DNA from: the human T2T-CHM13v2.0 reference genome, Homo sapiens
Assembly (NCBI RefSeq): GCF_009914755.1
Contig: NC_060932.1
Reading direction: 5' to 3' (one strand)
DNA: 64,000 nt
Shown in pieces: positions 56,321-64,000 of this stretch (position 1 is the stretch's first letter; every line of letters starts with the position of its first letter). Made by a program: the position numbers and the translations under genes. Under the pieces are notes generated by a model. That model was not told the DNA's origin, ran no database searches, and saw nothing but the letters and a program-made list of their open reading frames with translations.

Positions 56321-57129
56321 CCACATTGCCTCTGTTTTCTCTGAACGTCCTTTTCCTGTTTGACTTGGTCTCTATATTTCCTGATAACGCTGCTCCTCAA
56401 ATGTGAGATCTCAAATGTGAATTAATGGCATGGCTTGGAACGAGTGTCTGAAGGTCACACTTCACATTGTACAACTTTCAATTAATCCTGTCTTCGCTTC
56501 ACTTCTCACCATGGCCAGAGGAGGTATCTGGGACCTCCAGACCCGGAGCTCTCCCTGTTCTCTGCATGGGTCAACTTGCTGCTCATTACTTTTTTTCTCT
56601 GCAGTCACTCAAGGTCCAGCCTTCCCTGCTGTGCCCAGGCAGTTATCACTCAGACATTCTTTTCCATCTTTTAGAATAGCATTGACCTCTCTTTTCTGGT
56701 GCTGTTTCTCTCTCACAGTCTTTGTCTTTGTGGGTTGATAACTTAGTGGATGCCAGGAGGAAGAAGAAATAAACACATGTGGGCAATTTATTTTACTCAA
56801 GGAGAAGGATATTCTTTTTTTAAAATAAATAACTATTTTCATTTAAAATCATTAATGTAATTTGATTGTACAGAAAGATACTCTGAGGCTGGCACTCAAC
56901 GTTTTGACCTTTAAAACCTAGAAATAGGGAAATATGATTATTTGAAAAGTGGTAGAAATGTGCTCTCTGTGGTTCAAAAGGTGTAATGGGATATTTATCT
57001 TTAGGACAGTTTCTTTATTCTGGGATAGGATCATTTTGGTTGGGTTTCTTCATCATGTAGTGTTTTATTTCATTGCATTTAGTATAGCTCCAAATGTTTT
57101 TGAGGCAAACCAAATGCAAATGCTTTTTT

Positions 57130-57310
57130 TCATTCATTCATTCATTCATTCATTCATTCATTCACAATTCAGCTATTCATCCATTCATCTTTTCATTTAT
57201 TTATACAACAAATATTTATTGAACCCCTATTCTATGCCCTGCCCTGCACTAAGCTCTGCATACAAAACAGGGAAGGAGGCACATGAAATTACTGTCCATG
57301 TGTTATTCAC
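57130..57310 (-). mobile_element. L2 3' end
   Basis: (TTCA)n ... 'caacaaatatttattga'. Confidence 0.75.
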
Positions 57311-57367
57311 ATGTTATTAACAATGTAAAAGTTGTGTTAAGAGGTTGGAGGATGGCTATAGCTCCAA

Positions 57368-57555
57368 AGCAGCCATTCTCCAAGTTTGGTATCCTGATTG
57401 GCAGTGTCTGCAACACCTAGAAATTTGATAGAAATGCAAATTCTCTGGCCTGCCCCAGACATACTGAATCAGAAACTCTGCAGTTGGTCACAGCAGTTTG
57501 TTTTAAAAAGCCCTTAAGGTGATTTCAATGTACCCTACAGTTTAAGAAACACTGT
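57368..57555. mobile_element. MER5A
   Basis: 'tagaaatgcaaattctc...ccagacatactgaatcagaaactctg'. Confidence 0.85.
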
Positions 57556-58411
57556 TCCAAAAAAAAAATGCTTTAAAATAAAAAAAAAATAAACTGACTT
57601 TCTGTATGTGAACTGGGAAATAAGGAGTACCTTGTTCTACTGAAAGGAGTGTAGCAGTGGGAAGAAAGGGCTCTGGAATTATGGAATTTCCAGATATATT
57701 TTTTTTAAATGTAGTTTGTCCTATGTTAGGACTTTGTGTTCTGAAAACAAGGACGTGCTACTATGTGTCTTATTGAGGACTGTCCATGATTTTTGTTGGT
57801 TTATTTTATGTGCTTTTAAATCCATTTGCTGGTGGGATATGAGAATAAGACCCTTATATTATGGCATTTATGTTGAAACTATTGCCTGGATGCTGACAGC
57901 ACCAACAAATCAGCTATGAATTGGCCCTCATCGGGATTAGTTCCTCCAATGTCAGTGCTCTTGATACCCTTGCCATTGCCATGCCCAGGGCCAATACTGC
58001 TCTCAATGTCACATTGATATTTTATTGAAATTCATCTTGTAGCTTTTACTTTTTCTGGGATGTGGGTGTCAGTTAAGGAGAGGTGGACTGGGTACAGTAT
58101 TAGTGATAACCTAATATTTTCAGATTTACCTAATTCTTTCAATCATGCCTTAATATGTATATCAATTGATTTCTTCGTACCTCAATTTCTCTTCCTTTTG
58201 GAAACATTATTTCCCAGGATGCTTTTTCCCCACTCCTTTAAACAGGTATCTGGGGAACTTGTCCTCAGTTCTTCACTGATGTCCACGCATGCCTTTATGC
58301 TTAGAGTAAAGCTGTCATCCTGTCACACTCATCATTCATTTGAATTTGTTAGTTATGGGCAATAACAGAAGCAGCAGCAAATGCTTTTCATTTCTTTTAT
58401 ACCTGGTGAGG

Positions 58412-58585
58412 CATTATGGTACAATGGAAAGAGAAGTAGATTTAGTGTCAGAGGTGAATCTAAAGGCTCTTGTTTCCAGGAAAGCCACATGACCTGGGAA
58501 AAAGCTTTCCTCTCTTATTGTCTTATTTGTAAAACTTTAGGATCATATGATTCCTTAAGACTGTCAATTTCTAATAACTGATGAT
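58412..58585 (+). mobile_element. MIR
   Basis: 'cattatggtacaatggaaaga...tcttatttgtaaaa'. Confidence 0.6.
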
Positions 58586-59164
58586 TCTATTATACAGAGA
58601 TCACAATTTGTATATAAATATTATGCTTGGAATTTCAGCCATGAATATCATATGTATTGGGGAATCAGAAGTATCAGCCGGTTTGGAGTATTGGGAGGAC
58701 ACTGGAAGAGCGGAATTTAAGGTCAGTTCCTTACCTTCCAAATCCCAGGTTTTGTAGAAATCCATTGCTTGAAAAAATAACTCATATGAAAAGCCTAGCT
58801 CTCACTATTAAGTTCATTGTTATGTGATTAAGTTTGGGTTGCTATGTTGCTGTTCTATGGTGAATTCAAATGCATCTTCAATCATTAAGATTTTTCCAAT
58901 CAGTACACTCTTCCATTCCTATTCTTCCATTCGTCAGATGCAGACAATTTCTCAGAGCATATGGCTATAAAGGTTGTCTTGGAAATATTCATTATGGGTA
59001 TACTTGTCTTGTGTCACATATTATGCTAGAGGTTCTATCATAAAATCTTGAGTCTTGTTTATTTGCAGGGAGGGACCCTGTGTTTAGCACAGTGACTCAT
59101 GTATACTAAGTACTTACTGAATAAATTAAACACTTTCTTTATTAATAAAAGGGGGAGTGTCATT

Positions 59165-59300
59165 TGGGTAGTGGTTTGTAGGCTGGTGCCAGTCCATGAA
59201 CTTCTTGTTACAAGCCCAAAATGAGAGATGTACAAAAATTGAGAATGAGTGTTAGAAACTTTTATATAAATTGGATATTGTTGCAGCATCAAAATATGTC
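59165..59300. mobile_element. MER119-like hAT fragment
   Basis: 'aaattgagaatgagtgttagaaacttttata'. Confidence 0.55.
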
Positions 59301-59309
59301 ATCAATAGA

Positions 59310-61997
59310 TTTATCTCACTGAATAGTGTATACAATAAATTTTGCATACAGTATTGACATTTTATTCTGCAAAATTGCTAAATTAATCTGTCCTTTTTTG
59401 TATCTTTTTAGTAGATTTATTGGGATTCTAAGTACTCAATTGGGTCATTGGCAAAGAATGTTTTATTTCTTCATTTCCAATTTGCATGGGGTTTTTTGTT
59501 TCTTTTTCATAGTTTAAGATTTATAGGATAATGTTGAATAGAAGTGATAAGAAGGATATTTGTGTTTCATTCTCAATCTAGAAAGAAAGCATTCAATCTT
59601 TCATCATTAATTGTGATGTTATCCATAAATTTTATAAGAGATGTAATTTATCAGATGAGGACATTCCCTTCTATTTCAAGTATGCTGATAATTGTGTGCT
59701 GAATTTTGTCAAATGCTTTTTCTTGAAATCATAATATATTGATTACATATCATAATTATCAAATAATCATAATTATTTTGATTATCAGCATAGTGAATAC
59801 CATGGATTGATTTTTGAATGTTAAACCAAATTGCATTCCTGGGCTGAGCCCAAATAGTCAAGATGCATATATTGCTGGATTTGATTTGCTAAATATATGT
59901 TAGAGATTTTTACATTTATGTTCATAAGGGATATTTGTCTGTAGTTTCTTTTATTGCAATATATTTGTCTGGTTTTGGATTCAGGATAATACTAGACTCC
60001 TAAAATCAGCTGGGGGATGGAATTCATCTTCTATGTTCTGGAAGAGTTTGTGTAATGGGTAGTATTTCTTCCTTACATGTTAAATAGAATTAACCAATGA
60101 AACTACTGGGATCTGAATATTTCTCTGTGTAATTCCTAAAACTATGATTTTAATTTTACAAATTAAATATAGGACTATTTATTTCTTCTTTAGTGAACTT
60201 TGGTAGTTTGTGTCTTTGAACAGCATTTTTACTCCTCAATGATGGCTATTTCTTTCCATAAAGTTATTCATAATGGTCCCTGATTAGATTCCTAATATTT
60301 GTAGGATCTACAGTGATGGCCTCTTTTACATTTATGACTTTGATTATTTGTATCTTTGATTTTCTTAATCAGTCTGGCAGAGTGTGTTCAGTTTTGCTCA
60401 TCTTTTCTTTGAAACAGCATGCAGTTTGATTAATATTCTCTATTGTTTTGTATTGCCTATTTTACTGATTTCTGTTATTATCATTTAAAAAAATTTTTTT
60501 TAAAGACAGGGACTCTCTCTGTTGCCACCGTTGCAGTGCAGTAGCATGATCATAGCTCACTGTAAGTTCAAACTCCTGGGCTCAAGCAATCCTCCTGCCT
60601 CAGCCTTCCAAGTATCTGGGACTACAGGTGTATGTCACCAAGTCTGGCTAATTTTTAAAAATATTTTGTAGAGATGGGGGTCTTGCTTTGTTGCCCAGGC
60701 TGGTCTCTAACTTCTCCACTCAAGTGATCCCCCTGCCTCAGCCTCCCACAATGCTGGGATTATAGGTGTGAGCCACTGTATCCAACCAATTTCTGTAATT
60801 ATATTTATTATTTCCTTCCTCCACTATTTTTTCATTTGCTATACCTCTTTTTTTTATTGGTTGTTTTAATGTTTTCAATGTACATTTTTAACTTATCACA
60901 GTCTGTTTTCAAATAAAATTATGCCACTTCAAGTATAACTGACAAATTTAAAACATGTGCTATGACTATATTTTAAAATACATATGTTATAAAGCCCATG
61001 ATACATTGTTATTATTTTTGTTTAAACTGTTAGTTACTTTTTAAAGAGATTGAAAAGTTTAGTAACATCTTCTATACTTACCCAAATTTTGTTTTATATT
61101 TATTTATTATTTAGTCATCATGCATTCTGCATTCAATCTTACCCACATTTTGAATACTTTATTCCTTTAAGTAGATCCAAACTTGTATTTGTTACTATTT
61201 TCCTTTTGCCAAAGGAAATTTCTTTATCATTTCTTATAGTATAGGTCTGCTGTAGATACATTTTCTCAGCTTTTGTTTGTCCAATATATCATATTTTCAT
61301 TTTTGAAAGCTATTTCTGCTGAATATAGAATTCTGAGTAGACCATTTTTTCTTTCAGCATTTAAATATGTTACTGTATTGTCTTCTAAGTTGCATACTTC
61401 TCATTAGATATCAAGTAAAATTTTTGTCTTTGTTTCTTTGTACTTAATATTTCTTCTTTTCTGAATGCTTTAAAGACGTTCTATTTATCATAGGTTTTCA
61501 GTAATTTGATAATGATGTGTGTTATTGTAGTTTTATTTTGCTTATTCTATTTGGAGTTTATTGATTGAGATTCTTTATTCATTGCATTCTAAGTGTTCAT
61601 CAAATTTGAAAAATGAAATGACATTATGTTATCATTTTTTTCCATCATTCTACTTTTTCCTGCTGAAATTCCCAGTACATGTTTCTTAGATCATTCAATA
61701 TTGCTCCACATGTCAATGATCTGTACACTTTTTTCTTTCACTTTGTTGTTTTCCCCTGTGTTTCATTTTGGATAATTTCTATTTCTGTATTCAAATTCAC
61801 CATTTTTTCCTTCTGCAGAATACAACCTACTGTAATTCCACCTAAGGTATATTTTTTATTTTTGATATTTCATTTGTAATCTCTAGGTGTTTCACTTGGG
61901 TTACTTTGATATATTCCATTTCTTTCCACATCATATTCATGTTTTCCTCTACCTTATTGAGCATATAGAATATATTTCTGATAGTTGCTTAGGTATC
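59310..61997 (-). mobile_element. Old L1M fragments
   Basis: Degenerate antisense ORF2/ORF1 text. Confidence 0.75.
60495..60788 (-). mobile_element. AluJ
   Basis: 'ctcctgggctcaagcaatcctcc'. Confidence 0.9.
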
Positions 61998-64000
61998 TGT
62001 ATTAGTCTGTTCTCATGCTGCTAATAAAGACATACCCAAGACTGGGTAATTTATAAAGAAAAAGAACTTTCTTGGACTCGCAGTTCCACATGACTGGGGA
62101 GGCCTCACAATCATGGTGGAACAAAGACACATCTTACACGGCGACAGGCAAGAGAACATGTGCAAGGGAACTGCCCTATATAAAACAATAAGATCTCATG
62201 AGACTTATTCACTATTATTATAACAACATGGGAAAACTCACCACCATGATTCAATTACCTCCCACCAAGTCCCTTCCATGACACATGAGGATCATGAGAT
62301 CTACAATTCAAGATGAGATTTAGGTAGGGGCACAGCCCAACCATACCATTCTGCCCCTGGCCCCTCCCAAACCTCATGCCTTCACATTTCAAAACCAATC
62401 ATGCCTTCCCAACAGTCTGTCAAAGTCTTAATTCATTTTAGCATTAACTCAAAAGTCCACAGTCCAGCTGGGTGTGGTGGCTCACATCTGTTATCCCAGC
62501 ATTTTGGGAGACTGAGGCAGGTGGATTTCTTGAGGTCAGGAGTTTGAGACCAGCCAGACCAACATAGTGAAACCCTGTCTCTACTAAAAATACAAAAATT
62601 AGCTCGGCATGGTGACTCATGCCTTTAGTCCCAACTACTCAAGAGGCATAGGCACATGAATTGGTTGAACCTGGGAGGCAGCGGTTTCAGTAAACTGAGA
62701 TTGCACCATCACTACGCTCCAGACTGGGTAACAGAGTGAGACTGTCTCAAAAAATAAAATAAGAAGTTCACAGTCCAAAGTCTCATCTGAGACAAGATAA
62801 GTCCTTTCTGCCTATGAGCCTATAAAATCAAAAGCAAGTAAGTTACTTCCTAGGTATAATGGGGGTGCAGGGATTGGGTAAATACACCCATTCCAAATGG
62901 GAGAAATTTGCCCAAACGAAGAGGCTACAGGCCCAATGCAAGTCCCAAATCCAGCAGAGCAGTCAAATCTTAAAGCTCCAAAATGATCTCCTTTGACTCC
63001 ATGTCTCACATCCAGGGCACACTGATGGAACAGGTGGGTTCCTATGCTCTTGGGCAGCTCCACACCTGAATGCTTTCATGGGCTGGTGTTGAGCGTCTGC
63101 ACCTTTTCCAGGTGCACAGTGCAAGCTGTCAGTGGATCTACCGTTCTGGGGTCTGGAGGATGGTGGCCTACTTCTCACAGCTCCAGTAGGTGGTACGCCA
63201 GTAGGGATTCTGTGTGGGGGCTCCCATCCCACATTTCCCTTCTGCACTGCCTTAGCAGAGGTTCTCCATGAGGGCTCTGTCCCTGTAGCAAACTTTTGCC
63301 TGGATATCCAAACATTTCCATACATCCTCTGAAATCTAGGCAGAGGTTCCCAAACCTCAATTCTTGACTTCTGTGCATCAACAGGCTCAACACCAGGCAG
63401 ATGCTACCAAGGCTTGGGGCTTGTACCCTCCAAAGCCATGGCCTGAGCTGTACCTTGGCCCCTTTTAGCCATGGCTGGAGCAGCTGGGACATAGGGCACC
63501 AAGTCCGTAGCCTGAACACATTAGGGTGCCCTGGGCCTGGCCCATGAAACCATTTTTTCCTCCTAGACCTCTGGGCCTGTGATGGGAGGAGCTGCCCCAA
63601 AGGTCTCTGACATGCTCTGGAGCAATTTTCCCCATTGTCTTGGTGATTAACATTCTGTTCCTTGTTACTTATGCAAATTTCTGCAGCCAGCTTGAATTTC
63701 TCCCCAGAAAAAGTTTTATTTTTTAACCACACTGTCAGGATGCAAATTTCCCAAACTTTTATGCTGTGTCACTTCTTGAATGCTTTGCTGCTTAGAAATT
63801 TCTTCTGCCAGATACCCTAAATCATATCTCTCAAGTTGAAAGTTCCACAGATCTCTAGGGCAGGGGCAAAATGCTGCTAGTCTCTTTGCTAAAGCATAGC
63901 AAGAGTCACCTTCACTCCAGTTCCCAAGCCTTTCATCTCTATCTAAGATCATGTCAGTGTGGACTCCATTGTCTATATCACTATCAGCATGTTGGTCAAA
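61998..64000 (-). mobile_element. THE1 MaLR provirus: 3' LTR 61998-62348 plus THE1-int running off the window
   Basis: LTR 'tgtattagtctgttctcatgctgctaataaagac'...'ccatacca' with polypurine tract (rc gggaggggccaggggcagaa) abutting it. ORFs 62812-63952 are THE1-int fragments (LGYLAEEISKQQSIQEV). Confidence 0.92.
62466..62763 (+). mobile_element. AluS inside THE1-int
   Basis: TSD aagt(c/t)cacagtcc. Confidence 0.9.

Noticed and set aside
62812-63952. 185-aa and neighbouring ORFs
   Set aside because: Degenerate THE1-int reading frames.

Overview
Repeat-dense primate (very likely human/hominoid) non-coding DNA. I can support no intact protein-coding gene, tRNA, rRNA or CRISPR array. The longer ORFs in the track are broken L1, Alu, THE1-int or chance ORFs. 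The one gene-derived feature is a minus-strand processed retrocopy (~2280-3896). Its 5' ~450 bp is the spliced 5'UTR plus the first ~98 codons of the palmitoyltransferase ZDHHC7, frameshifted and with ATG changed to AAG. It then switches mid-exon to ~1.15 kb of apparently unrelated polyadenylated sequence carrying ancient MIR/hAT remnants, so it is a candidate two-RNA chimeric retrocopy, and it still keeps a CpG-rich 5' end. It sits in a nested stack: old L1M > L1MA > (retrocopy, full-length L1PA8, AluS). The rest is L1M/L2/MIR/DNA-transposon debris, ~23 Alus, solo LTRs (MLT1A0, THE1B, MER51, LTR33-like, unclassified), a THE1 provirus cut by the window end, and a few unique islands with enhancer-like homeodomain motif clusters (~21.4-21.8 kb, ~52.3-53.1 kb). 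Repeat subfamily names come from recalled consensus sequences and need RepeatMasker/Dfam confirmation. I see no evidence of a wholly new biological system; the chimeric retrocopy is the best lead.
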